Assembly: GCF_009914755.1 (NCBI RefSeq)
Contig: NC_060933.1
From: the human T2T-CHM13v2.0 reference genome, Homo sapiens
Direction: 5' to 3' (one strand)
DNA: 64,000 bases
This document shows positions 39,565 to 57,644 of this stretch, one piece after another. How positions within the stretch are numbered: position 1 is the stretch's first letter; each line of letters opens with the position of its first letter. Below the pieces are notes generated by a model. It was given only the letters and a program-made list of their open reading frames with translations, was not told where the DNA came from and made no database searches. The translations under genes and the position numbers were made by a program.

Positions 39565-40402
39565 CCCTGACATAATGGGTTAGCCTGATACTCTCAGGTA
39601 GGCCTTGGTGTCCTAGCGTAAATAAATAATTTCAGAGAATATCAACATCAGACAAGGCCACTCTGCAACTGTGATAAAGACAAAAACAAGACCACTCTAT
39701 AATCATACCTGAACACAGACCAAAACAGGAACACTGGCCAGGCAAGGTGGCTCACACCTGTAATCTCAGCACTTTGGGAGGCTGAGGCAGGTGGATCACC
39801 TGAGGTCAGGAGTTCGAGACCAGCCTGGCCAACATGGTGAAACCCTGTCTCTACTAAAAATACGAAAATTAGCTGTGCGTGGTGGCATGTGCCCGTACTC
39901 CCAGCCACTCGGGAGGCAGAGGTGAGAGAATCACTTGAACCTGGGAGACGGAGGTTGCAGTGAGCCAAGATCATGCCACTGTACTCCAGCCTGAGCAACA
40001 GAGCGAGACTCCATCTCAAAAAACAAACAAACAAACAAAAAAACCCAAGAACACTGACTAAACCACAAAAAGATCAAACATCCCCTTAACCTGGCTAATA
40101 TAAATGACTGTTTCATCTTTATCAATTACAGCTTTAACCTCCTGCTAGATAAGATTAAGATACCCAAACATAGAATTTGCCCGTCGTGACAGTATCCATC
40201 TGGAGCAAAGTGCTATATCCTTAAGCCGTCCCCCAAATCACGTGCAACAAGTCCCAGTGTTGTAACTCCTTTCCAGCACTCTTACCGAGAGGTCCCTCGC
40301 TCTCTTATGGTGAAGGTTCTCCTAGGTACAACAAGCAACTATATCTGACTTGTTCTGCTACAAGAACAGTCCCTGGTAGTCTTTGACTGGAGAGTGCTGA
40401 CA
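39565..40402 (+). mobile_element. ERV1 solo LTR (MER67-like) split by an Alu (39736-40045)
   Basis: CATCAGACAAGGCCACTCTG...CAAGACCACTCT and terminal ...GTCTTTGACTGGAGAGTGCTGACA; the Alu is flanked by GAACACT repeats. Confidence 0.6.
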
Positions 40403-40545
40403 ATGGGAAATAAGAGTTCACGTCCAAAATTAAATACCTCCAACTGTGTAGATCATCACTCTGCCGATTGCCATCCTTCTCCTCAAATCACACCCCACCC
40501 CCAGCCCCTTCAAGAGCCCTCTTTTCGGCCAGGCGCGGTGGCTCA

Positions 40546-40979
<434 letters not shown>

Positions 40980-41216
40980 TTAACCATTTTTGGCTCATAG
41001 TACTCTCTTTCAAAATCTAAGGACAAAAACTAAGAACGACTTCCCACACCACCCCCCCAAAATCTTGCCCAGAAAGTACACATATAATCAAAACTTTGCA
41101 ATTTTAGGGAAAGTTTACACAACTCAAGCCAGGAATGCCTGCTCTCTACTGTCTTTCCCATGATAATGTAACAATTTCAATAATTCCTTCTACATAAATG
41201 ACTGCCAAATCATTAA

Positions 41217-41695
<479 letters not shown>

Positions 41696-42830
41696 TAAAG
41701 TCAAGAATGCCTTCTGTAGTTCTTTGCAGCCCCTACTACTCCTTACTGTCTTGCGCCTAGCAAACTTTTCTTCACTTAGCTTTTCTGTCTGGCTCCGCAG
41801 CCAATCTGAATTTGCGTAAGTCTAAACCATGAACATATACCTAACCCATCCCAGCTGCCAGATCCATGTTCTAATTAAGGTTATACCACCTCTACTTAAG
41901 CAGTTGAGTAAAAATATGACTTTATTGTTATTAATGATAAAAACAACAGTGGCTATCCTTGCTGTTACTGCTGTGCTAGCTGGGGCCAAGAAATCTGGGG
42001 ATTGAATGACTACCCTAGTTTGATTGTTAGCCCACAGCACAGGGACATTCTACATCAAAACTTTCCTATTGAGAATACAACATAATCTCTCCCACCTCTG
42101 AAATCTTCACACATTATCCAAAGACAATTCCAATTTTTAAATAATTTTCCTCTCTTCAAATTGTGGGAAAAGGTTATGGAAATCATTTTTACCGCTACTA
42201 GTACTTTTAAATAAGTAAGATATTGCTCACTCAGAATATTTCCCAGATGCATGCAGACACCTTAGCACCAGATATTATCACTCCCATTTTGCAGATGCAA
42301 AAACAAAAGCACAAATAAGGGAATCATTTGCCCAATGTCACAAAGTTCAGAGAAGAGCACTATTCCTAGTTCCCTGCTTTGGTTCTGGAAGCTAAGCAAA
42401 AACAAACAAATACTAACTATAAAATGAAAACAGCTCCCCTTGCCCCAAACACTAGGTTATGAGGATTAGGAAGACAGAAAGAGGTAGGAATTAAGAGTAG
42501 GTTAAATTATTACTTATTATGCTCGCCTTCAAAATAGTGTCAATAAATTCAACAAGCAAGAGGCTATGATGATTAATTCAGTTTACAATTCAGTAATATT
42601 TGCTAGGCTAAACACTATGATGCACGTGCGGGGAGTGGAATGAACTCTTCCAAGCAGGAGACTCTTTTTCTACTCCAAGTGACAAGGATGACAGTTCTTA
42701 ACCACGAGTGGGCAGCTGGAGAGACCAAGAAAAGGAAGTTCTGTGGAGGCCCGTTGCCACCACTTAGTTTTGAAAGGCTTCTGGGTAAGACAAGCGACTC
42801 CTCAACAGAAGAGGAAACGAAAGGTTGGCC

Positions 42831-42968
42831 CCAACCACCATGGTATTATTTCCTTCCTCAAAACTGTTTAAATTTTTGCCTATGTCCTTTATAAACAGAC
42901 CAACCACCATGGTATTATTTCCTTCCTTAAAACTGTTTAAATTTTTGCCTATGTCCTTTATAAACAGA
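42831..42968. repeat. 69-bp tandem duplication (2 copies, 1 mismatch)
   Basis: CCAACCACCATGG...ATAAACAGA at 42831-42899 and 42900-42968. Confidence 0.95.
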
Positions 42969-43699
42969 CACTTCTCCTAGTACTTAAGACTTTCTTGATC
43001 TAGAGCAATCTTCTCTCTTTTAATGATCCAAAATGTGTTTCATTCCAGGGTCAATTTACTCACACATTATGACATTACTTGTCCATTCACACAGGGGAGG
43101 TGAAAACCGAGGGAGGGCTGGGCGTAATCATTTCCCACCCCTAGGCCCTAGGCCCTGCCTCTTTTCATTTGCCAGTCTTCTGACATCATGCTATTCGTGG
43201 ACTCTATTCCAAACGTTTCTGCTCTTTGACTTATTTTATCCCGGCCTATAATTGGGTTGGTTACAAAGCTTACTGAGAAATTTTTCACTTCATTCATTTA
43301 TAACTGTCTTTCTATTCACTCTTAAAAAGGCTACTTTCCAAAGAGCTAATGCTTATACCCTGAAATATACTACCAGACACACATTCCCTGCCTTCCTTAT
43401 AGGAAACAGTTCATGTATTTCTCATATTTCAGTTTATACATTTTTAGATTCTGTTCACTAAAAAACAGCCAAGTGTGCTATTTTAAATACTTCGACATAC
43501 GTTCTTAGGCTGTTTTCACTATTATGTATCCTGAATGATGCTCTAAGCATCATTATTTCTTAAATCTTTCCTTTGAGGCCTATGACTTAAAAACCAGCAT
43601 AAAAATATGAGGCAAAAACAAACAAACAAACAAACAACCCTCTAGAAGCAGCACATCCAGAGAGGGCCTGAAGAAATACACTCCTTTGAGGACTTATCA

Positions 43700-44164
<465 letters not shown>

Positions 44165-44949
44165 TCAGGGCTTTGGCTACTCTTCTTCAGAACAGATCCT
44201 ACTGTATTACAGAAATCACCAACTCATAACTCATACTGCAGAATTTACAAACAACACAAATACAAACACAAGAGAACAAGAATCTCAATCCAGAAAGTCG
44301 TTTAACTCTTCCAACATTAAAAAGATGTTGCTCACAGTCAAACTTACCAATGTGAATTACAAGGGCTGAAAGTCAAGGGAATGAATGCAGAATAGAACAG
44401 ACTAAAAGGTTTACTAGACATTTTAGGAGTGAAAGATTGAAGGAAATGAGAGGTAGAGTGATTCCCATACCGACATGGGCTGCATCTCTACCCAGCCCCC
44501 TTCTCCCTCTCAGTCTGTACTCCCACTGGAGCACGGAAGATACAGTCCAAGGAGCCAGACCTGGCTCCCAGGTCTTCCAGGGATGCATCATCAATGACCG
44601 TTCCTCTGTCATCATGCCCGCGCTCCAGGCAGTTGCAGAATTCGAAAAATCAACCGCCAACGGGGTAGTAGGCCCCCGGGAAATCAGAGGCCATATCTAT
44701 GTCCAAGAAGGCCTTCCCCTCCAAAGGGGGCGGCATAGAGATGATACCTGGGAACTGTTGTTTCTTTTGGGGTCCAAACGCCGAAAGGCCCAGCTCAGGG
44801 TTGGGTATACATATAGGGAGACTACTTCCTTCTTCCAGGAGGGACGCAATCATCCCAGCTTCCTAGGGCCCATGGAAGGTAGAGTTCACTCTACCAGAGT
44901 TTGTTTCCGATTCCCTTAACTTCGGTTTCCCCTTCCTCCAAAGCCAAGA

Positions 44950-45990
44950 TTCTGGTTTCTTTTCAAGCCCTATCCACGAATGCAGGCCTCCCGCGGATTA
45001 TGTCCCATTCCTGAGTTCCCCTTTGGCTCCTCACCGCCCTGGCCTATCTGCCCTCCAGTTAACGAGGGTCCAGTCCTGACCCTATAGGCCCTGAACCCAT
45101 TCCTGTTTTGCCTCTGACTGCAGACCCTGGACCCCGATTCCCGTCGCAGGATCTGCGGACCCTAAGCCCATCTTGGTTCCTCAGCCTCACCACCCAGGTG
45201 CCGGCCTCTCAACCCTCACCTGCGGGCCCTGAGCGTCGCTCCCAGCTCCCGGCGAGGCGGGCGCTTTCCGCTTCCTGCTAACTACTTTCCGGGCCATAGT
45301 GGGCAGCGCCGCCGCGGCCCCGCAGCCACATGGGGCGGGGGAAGCGAAGGATAGCAGGACGGCGGGTCATATACTGGGCCCCGGGGCCGCGCACCTTAGT
45401 GCGCCCGGCCCGGAAAATGGCCCGGACCCGGAGCGGCAGCAGAAAAAAGATAGGCGGAAAGAAAGGAAAGAGAGAGGAAGGACTTGAGCCGGGAAAGGGA
45501 AGGGGAAGCGAGAATGAGCGGCTTTCCGACGGCAGAGCCTGCAAGGACGGCGAGCGGCTAGAACCAAAACACCCCCTCCCCCTTGCTCGCGCGCCGTCAC
45601 CCTTGCGCAGCCGCACTTCGGATAGCGTCGCCACGGAAACACCGCCGGAACGAGAGGGGCGGGATCTAGGGGTTGGAAGATAGTTCTCTGGTGTTTCCCG
45701 GCCGCCGCCAGGCCATTTTCAACGGTTGTTTGGCTACTGCTGGATGGAAGTGGACGAGCTGGGGCCAAGGGAATCTGGCTTCTGGCCGCCGACCTCCGAC
45801 CCCAGCCCGCCTATCCGCAGGCACCCGGAAGTGAGGACCACCAGTGCTGCTGGGGGAAGGAATCCTCCCTAGTGCAGGCCTTAACCCGGTTACCTCCCAT
45901 CTGGCACCAAACGTTTCCCTGAATCTGTCACAAACCGTGCCCTGGCTCCAAGGGCTGGACAGGGGGGTGGGGGGGTGGGGGGCAGGAACC
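44950..45990 (-). promoter_or_regulatory. CpG-island promoter and 5'UTR of DCAF12
   Basis: Dense CpG/GC sequence around exon 1; GC box GGGGCGGG ~45656; YY1-like GCCATTTT ~45712; ETS CCGGAAGT ~45825; G-tract/CACCC element 45962-45982. Confidence 0.85.
45220..45297 (-). CDS. DCAF12: DCAF12 coding exon 1 (MARKVVSRKRKAPASPGAGSDAQGPQ)
   Basis: ATG at 45297 in strong Kozak context (actATGG); donor CAG|GTGAGG at 45219; basic RKRK NLS-like stretch. Confidence 0.95.
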
Positions 45991-47131
45991 GCTCCCACCC
46001 TCGAGGTGAAGTCCAGTCAGGAAGTCAGGGCAGTGTGGCCAGACTTTCCCACCACTGAGAACCTGCCCAGCACAACCAACCCAGGCCGCCCTACGAGTCT
46101 CTGGCTACCCTCTTCCCACCGCTGGGTAGCCCTGAGGCTCCATTCTCCGCTCTGTCTCCTCCTGATCCTTTCTCCTGTCCGAAATGCTTCAGCCCCTCAG
46201 TCAGTTTCAGCTCCTCAGTCACCTTCCCCTTACGGTGCAACTTCACCATTCCCTTTAGATTTCCATGACCTGCCATCTAAACCACATGGTCTTTTGTGCT
46301 TTATGAAGTAGTCATCACGCTGTAAACTTATCTGTAGCTGCCTGCCTCACTCTTGGATTCAGGTTGCGTCTCCATTAGGGCAGGTCGGGAATTCTGAACT
46401 ACAGGAAAGAGAGTGGTCATTTTTGGCTTGCCAGTCCAGTTAGAGCTGGCATTGGCCTCCAAACAAGGGGGCTTCATCAGGATCACCCTTGCCAACATTT
46501 TTGGAAGATCCTGAAGGAATATGACTGCCAGCCTTCGCTTTCCTCAAGCAAACAAACCCTCTGAGGAAGCAGGATGCTCTTGCTTGGGGCTGATTGGCCT
46601 CAGGCTGTGGTGCCCAGTTACCTGCTGGTCACTTCAGGCTTCAGGCCTCAGGCCTCATACCTCCAAGGAGCTCTGTTGGACCATCTCAAGTTCTGTCAAC
46701 AAGGAGATTTGGATTTGTTTTCCAAGCCGAATCAAAGACCAGATTGAAGCAGGGTCTCCTGCCATCCCAAGTCGGCACTACCACTAACCCCTAATGTCTT
46801 GCGAAAGGCAGCTCCATCTTATTTGGTCAGGCCTGTCCCTTTAGAGATATGCACATAGTGAGTGGGTCAGGAGTGGGTCAGCTTTCTTTTTTGAGTCTGT
46901 TCTAATTCTGTCTTGCCCCGCAATGCTCTGGATGACCCAAGAGCCCCTGGGCAAGAGTCTGGAATCCTTTGAGAATCTCTAGGCTCAGATTGGGCTGTCA
47001 GTGCCAAGAGGGGCACACTGGGCACTGCTGCAGTCTCTTTCTCAAAGTTCCTTTACTTCATCTTCACAACCTAGGAACCATCCCCAAATGTACCTTATAG
47101 CAGAGCTCGCGATTTCTTTTTTTTTTTTTGA

Positions 47132-47579
<448 letters not shown>

Positions 47580-47994
47580 CAGTAGAGATGGGGTTTCGCC
47601 ATGTTGGCCAGGCTGGTCTCAAAATCCTGACCTCAGGTGATCCGCCCACTTCGGCCTCCCAAAGTGCTAGGATTACAGGCATGAGCCACCACGGCTGGCC
47701 AAGAGCTCACCATTTCTATTCAAATAACAGAATGAAAGTCCATTTTGGAAATTTAATTGACAATTGCCTTTAAAAGACTGCAGGCCAGGTGCGGTGGCTC
47801 ACGCCTGTAATCCCAGCACACTGGGAGGCCGAGTTGGGCCAATCACCTGAGGTCAGGAGTTCGAGACCAGCCTCCTGAGTAGCTGGGTTGCAGTGAGCTG
47901 AGATCATGCCACTGGACTCCAGCCAGGGTGACAGAGCAAGACCCTGTGTAAAAAATAAAATAATAAAATAATAATGATAACAATAATAAAGTAG

Positions 47995-48389
47995 TAGAGT
48001 GGCTGGGGGAAAAAGTACTCAGGGCATGTAACTACTCCAAGAATGGCATTCTTAGTGAGCCTCACTGCTGAAACTGCGTGCTATAATCTGAAAGCAGTTT
48101 TATCTAATAGCTGTTAAAACAACCTACTGTGACTCTCAGAAATAGTTTTACTTATTGCCTTCACTTACCAATCAAAACTTGCCAGCTCTCCAAAACCTTA
48201 CTAGTGCCAGTGAACTTTCTTGAAGAGCAATACATAACACTTTTCCTTTTTACAAAACTTCCAACCTTCTCTTTGTTCTGCAGACATGGCAAAGACCACC
48301 CAGTCTGCGTGTGCCCTGAATTACAATTCCTGCTTCACAAAACATTTTAATTTTAGAGATTCATCTATATATTTTATTTCACCTTGACA
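47995..48389 (+). mobile_element. ERV1-class solo LTR (MER72/LTR47-like)
   Basis: CCAAT-containing LTR-like sequence CCTTACTAGTGCCAGTGAACTTTC..., ending TTGACA; subfamily uncertain. Confidence 0.5.
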
Positions 48390-48495
48390 AAACTATGTGA
48401 ATGAATTTTATAATATTGCATAAAAGATATCAGGCCAGGCGTGGTGGCTTACACCTGTAATCCCATCACTTTGGGATGCCAAGGCGGGTGGATCA

Positions 48496-48771
<276 letters not shown>

Positions 48772-49361
48772 TCACCCCTGTAATCCTAGCACTTTGGGAG
48801 GCTGAGGCAGGTAGATTGCTTGAACTCAGGAGTTTGAGACCAGCATGGGCAACATGGGAAAATCCTGTCTCTATAGAAACATACAAAAATTAGCTGGGTG
48901 GGGTGGCATGTACCTGTAGTCCCAGCTACTTGGGAGTTGGCAGGCTGAGGTGGGAGGATAGCTTGAGCCCAGAAGGTGGAGGTTGCAGGTGGAGAGCCAA
49001 TATCATGCCACTGCACTCCAGCCTGGGAGATCCAGACCTGTCTCCAAAAAAGTCAAACACAAAGCAGTAATTCCTTTTTTTATTTTTATTTTTTGAGGGA
49101 CAAGTTCTCGCTTTGTTGCCCAGGCTGGAGTGCAGTGGCATGGCATGCATGTGCCACCACACCCAGCTTATTTTTTATCTTTTGTAGAGACAGGGTCTCG
49201 CCTGGTTGCCCAGGCTGGTCTTAAACTCCTGGGCTTAAGCGATCCTCCCACCTTGGCCTCCCAAAGTGCTAGTATTACAGGTATGAGACACTGAGGCCAA
49301 CCAAAGCAGTAATTCCTAAATGTAATTAGTAAATGCCTAATTTCATGTTTTTGAAGTATGA

Positions 49362-49814
<453 letters not shown>

Positions 49815-50992
49815 TGAGACAGTCTCGCTTCATTGCCCAGGCTGGGTGCAATGGTGCAATCTCAGCTCACTGCAACCTCTGCCTCCTGAGTTCAAGCGAT
49901 TCTCCTGCCTGAGCCTCCTGAGTAGCTGGGATTACAGGTGCCCACCACCTCGCCTGGCTAATGTTTTTGTATTTTTAGTAGAGATGGGGTTTCTCCATGT
50001 TGGTCAGGATGGTCTCGAACTCCCGACCTCAGGTGATCCGCCTGCCTCGGCCTCCCAAAGTGCTAGGATTACAGGCGTGAGCCACCACTCCTGGCCCTAA
50101 TTTTTGTATTTTCAGTAGAGGCAGGGTTTCCCCATGTTTGCCAGGCTTGTCTAGAACTCCTGACCTCAAGTGATCTGCATGCCTCGGCCTCCTAAAGTTC
50201 TGATATTACAGGCATGAGCCACAGTGTCTGGCCCTCAAACTATACTATTTTGTAGCCTCAAATAAAAACCCCAACAGTTCCAATCTTCTCTAACCCCATT
50301 CCTCCAATTCAGTTCTTATAACCATTTCATCACAATGCAATGTGCTGCTAGAGGGTCATTAATGGATCTGCACCTGTTACCTTCTCTTGCCTTGGTCTTG
50401 CCAGGAAGAATAAACAATAAGAAATACTATAAAGTGCTTTGGGCAAACTGAATTGTGTTATACTTGCTTAGTAACAGAATTTTCTCTTGTTTATTTGCAT
50501 AGGTTTCCTGGAACAAACAAAGCGGATGTTAATACAATTCCCTGTTTGACTCTACCCTTCATGTGTTGGAGCTAATTAACCACGCTTGCTAGCAAAGGGG
50601 CAAGTAAGAGCTCAGGAGGAAAGTATTTCTGTTAGGAAAAAGGATTTTGGATTTTAATTCATACAACCATAATAAAACATAGCAAGGAAAGAGACCCAGA
50701 GGACATAGGACACAAATGAACACAGATGGTAAGCGCACAAAAACGGCTCTCCGATGACGTAGGGATGTGAGAGGCCTCTGAGGCATGGAATCGTAATTAC
50801 TTCACCCACTGTGGAAATATTTTTCAGATTCTGGGCATAGGTTATTAAAAGTGGAAGATATAGGCCGGGCGAGGTGGCTTACACCTGTAATCCCAGCACT
50901 TTGGGAGACTAAGGCGGGTGGATCACTTGAGGCCTCTACTAAAAATACAAAAATTAGCTAGGCATGGTGGCGGACACCTGTAATCCTAGCTA

Positions 50993-51100
<108 letters not shown>

Positions 51101-51254
51101 TCAAAAAAAAAAAAAAAAAAAAGTGGTAGATATAGAGAGACAGCTCATGTCTTAAACTTATAGTTTTAAAGAAAACTAAGGCCAAAAATGACAAGTCATG
51201 CAACCAGACAAGAGATAAGCCAGAGCTGAAACCCATGAACTCTGGTCTACAAAA

Positions 51255-51325
51255 TTTTTTCTTTTCTTTTCTTTTCTACTTTTCTTTCTTTCTCTCTTTC
51301 TTTCCTTCTTTCTCTTTCTTTCTTT
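51255..51325. repeat. (CTTT)n-like simple repeat derived from a retro-element A-tail
   Basis: Pyrimidine repeat directly after the IMPDH1 pseudogene 3' end. Confidence 0.85.
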
Positions 51326-53977
<2,652 letters not shown>

Positions 53978-54447
53978 CATAATTTTCAGCACTACCACAT
54001 TAAATATCTGGGTCCAGTTGAAGTCTCAAGTGGTATTTATTTTAGCATTTCCCTTGTACTCTCATGTTTTTTCTTTATTCAGAACCTGAAATGTTTTATC
54101 CAGAACATCTACTACTTTGACAGCAGAAATTCTATTTCTATATGTTATGCATAATTTGGCATACGTTGGTAGAATTTGTGTTAAGTACAGTACAGACAAT
54201 TTCTGTTTCATTTATTTTTTTAGAGACAGGGTCTCACTATGTTGTCCAGGCTGGACTCACAACTCAAGGGATCCTTCTGCCTCAGCCTCCAGAGTACTTG
54301 GGACTACAGGTGCGAGCCATCATTCTCAGTACAGACAATTTCCAATCATGCATTAATTGATCATAGAGTTTGTAAAGTTTCAAGAGTCCTTGTTTTCTGT
54401 TGCTCCTGCCTGTTAAACAGTCTTACTTTTATCTGTAACCTTAATAA

Positions 54448-55201
<754 letters not shown>

Positions 55202-55490
55202 CTACCGCCTTCATACATTTCTGAAATGACTAATGTGGGTATATATAAATATAAAAATTGTACACAAATATTACCTACCAATTTTGTTGAGGAGTCTTCC
55301 ATCAGTCATATTTTTTGAGTCAAATACAACACAATCTTGGCATAAAAACAAACACATAGGTATCAACTAATGATAGGAAAATAAAATGGCTTGCAAAATG
55401 GAACAAATATTTTAAAAAAATTATTAGATAATTAGGCAACGTTTTTCCTCTGATCACAAATGTCCAGAAATGTCTTTAAAGACCATTACC

Positions 55491-57612
55491 GGCTGGTGGT
55501 GGCTCATGCCTGTAATCCCAGCACTTTGGGAGGCCGAGGCAGGCAGATCACTTGAGGCTGGGAGTTTACAGCCAGCCCAGGCAACATGGTGAAACCCTGT
55601 TACTACAAAAAAATACAAAAATTAGCCAGGTGTGGAGGCTGAAGTGAAGTTACAAAGGTTACACGCTGCCCTCTCCCTCCCCCTCCCCCTCTCCCCACGG
55701 TCTCCCTCTCCCTCTCTTTCCACGGTCTCCCTCTGATGCCGAGCCGAGGCTGGACTGTGCTGCTGCTATCTCCGCTCACTGCAGCCTCCCTGCCTGATTC
55801 TCCTGCCTCGGCTTGCCGAGTGCCTGCGATTGCAGGCACGCGCCGCCACGCCTGACTGGTTTTCGTATTTTTTTGGTGGAGACGGGGTTTCGCTGTGTTG
55901 GCCGGGCTGGTCTCCAGCTCCTGACCGCGAGTGATCCGCCAGCCTCGGCCTCCCGAGGTGCCGGGATTGCAGACGGAGTCTGGTTCACTCAGTGCTCAAT
56001 GTTGCCCAGGCTGGAGTGCAGTGGCGTGATCTCAGCTCGCTACAGCCTCCACCTCCCAGCCGCCTGCCTTGGCCTCCCAAAGTGCCGAGATTGCAGCCTC
56101 TGCCCTGCCGCCACCCCGTCTGGGAAGTGAGGAGCGTCTCTGCCTGGCCGCCCATCATCTGGGACGTGAGGAGCCCCTCTGCCTGGCTGCCCAGTCTGGA
56201 AAGTGAGGAGCGTCTCTGCCCGGCCGCCATCCCATCTAGGAAGTGAGGAGCACCTCTTCCCGGCCACCATCCCATCTAGGAAGTGAGGAGCGCCTCTTCC
56301 CGGCCGCCATCCCATCTAGGAAGTGAGGAGCGTCTCTGCCAGGCCGCCCATCGTCTGAGATGTGGGGAGCGCCTCTGCCCCGCCGCCCCGTCTGGGATGT
56401 GAGGAGCGCCTCTACCCGGCCGCGACCCCGTCTGGGAGGTGAGGAGCATCTCTGCCCGGCCGCCCCGTCTGAGAAGTGAGGAGCCCCTCCGCCCGGAAGC
56501 CGCCCCCTCTGAGAAGTGAGGAGCGTCACCGCCCGGCAGCCACCCCGTCCAGGAAGGAGGTGGGGGTCACCCACCGCCAGGCCAGCCGCCCCGTCCAGGA
56601 GGGAGGTGGGGGGGTCAGCCCCCCGCCCGGCCAGCCGCCCCGTCCGGGAGGTGAGGGGCGCCTCTGCCCGGCCGCCCCTACTGGGAAGTGAGGAGCCCCT
56701 CTGCCCGGCCAGCCGCCCGGTCCGGGAGGGAGGTGGGGGGGTCAGCCCCCGTCCGGGAGGGAGGTGGGGGGGTCAGCCCCCCCGCCCGGCCGGCCGCCCC
56801 GTCCGGGAGGGAGGTGGGGGGGTCAGCCCTCTACCCAGCCAGCCGCCCCGTCCGGGAGGGAGGTCGGGGGGGTCAGCCCCCTGCCCGGCCAGCCGCCCCG
56901 TCCGGGAGGTGAGGGGCGCCTCTGCCCGGCTGCCCCTACTGGGAAGTGAGGAGCCCCTCTGCCCGGCTAGCCGCCCGGTCCGGGAGGGAGGTGGGGGGGT
57001 CAGCCCCTCGCCCGGCCAGCCGCCCCGTCCGGGAGGTGGGGGGCGCCTCTGCCCGGCCGCCCCTACTGGGAGGTGAGGAGCCCCTCTGCCCGGCCACCTC
57101 CCCGTCTGGGAGGTGTGCCTGGCAGCTCATTGAGAACGGGCCATGATGACAATGGCGGTTTTGTGGAGTAGAAAGTGGGGAGAGGTGGGGAAAAGAGTGA
57201 GAAATCGGATGGTTGCCGTGTTTGTGTAGTAGGAGGTAGACATGGGAGACTTTTCATTTTGTTCTGTACTAAGAAAAATTCTTCTGCCTTGGGATCCTGT
57301 TGATCTGTGACCTTACCCCCAACCCTGTGCTCTCTGAAACATGTGCTGTGTCCACTCAGGGTTAAATGGATTAAGGGCGGTGCAAGATGTGCTTTGTTAA
57401 ACAGATGCTTGAAGGCAGCATGCTCGTTAAGAGTCATCACCATTCCCTAATCTCAAGTACCCAGGGACACAAACACTGCGGAAGGCCGCAGGGTCCTCTG
57501 CCTAGGAAAACCAGAGACCTTTGTTCACTTGTTTATCTGCTGACCTTCCCTCCACTATTGTCCTGTGACCCTGCCAAATCCCCCTCTGTGAGAAACACCC
57601 AAGAATGATCAA

Positions 57613-57644
<32 letters not shown>

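Noticed and set aside
44373-46311. Several 95-160 aa ORFs around the promoter, including plus-strand MARTRSGSRKK resembling the DCAF12 N-terminus
   Set aside because: Stop-poor GC-rich sequence; the resemblance comes only from the short inverted repeat reported as a finding.
55603-57608. Pro/Arg/Gly-rich ORFs and a repeat array resembling a CRISPR or repeat-protein gene
   Set aside because: This is the SVA Alu-like, VNTR and SINE-R sequence; there are no unique spacers or cas genes, and the DNA is human.
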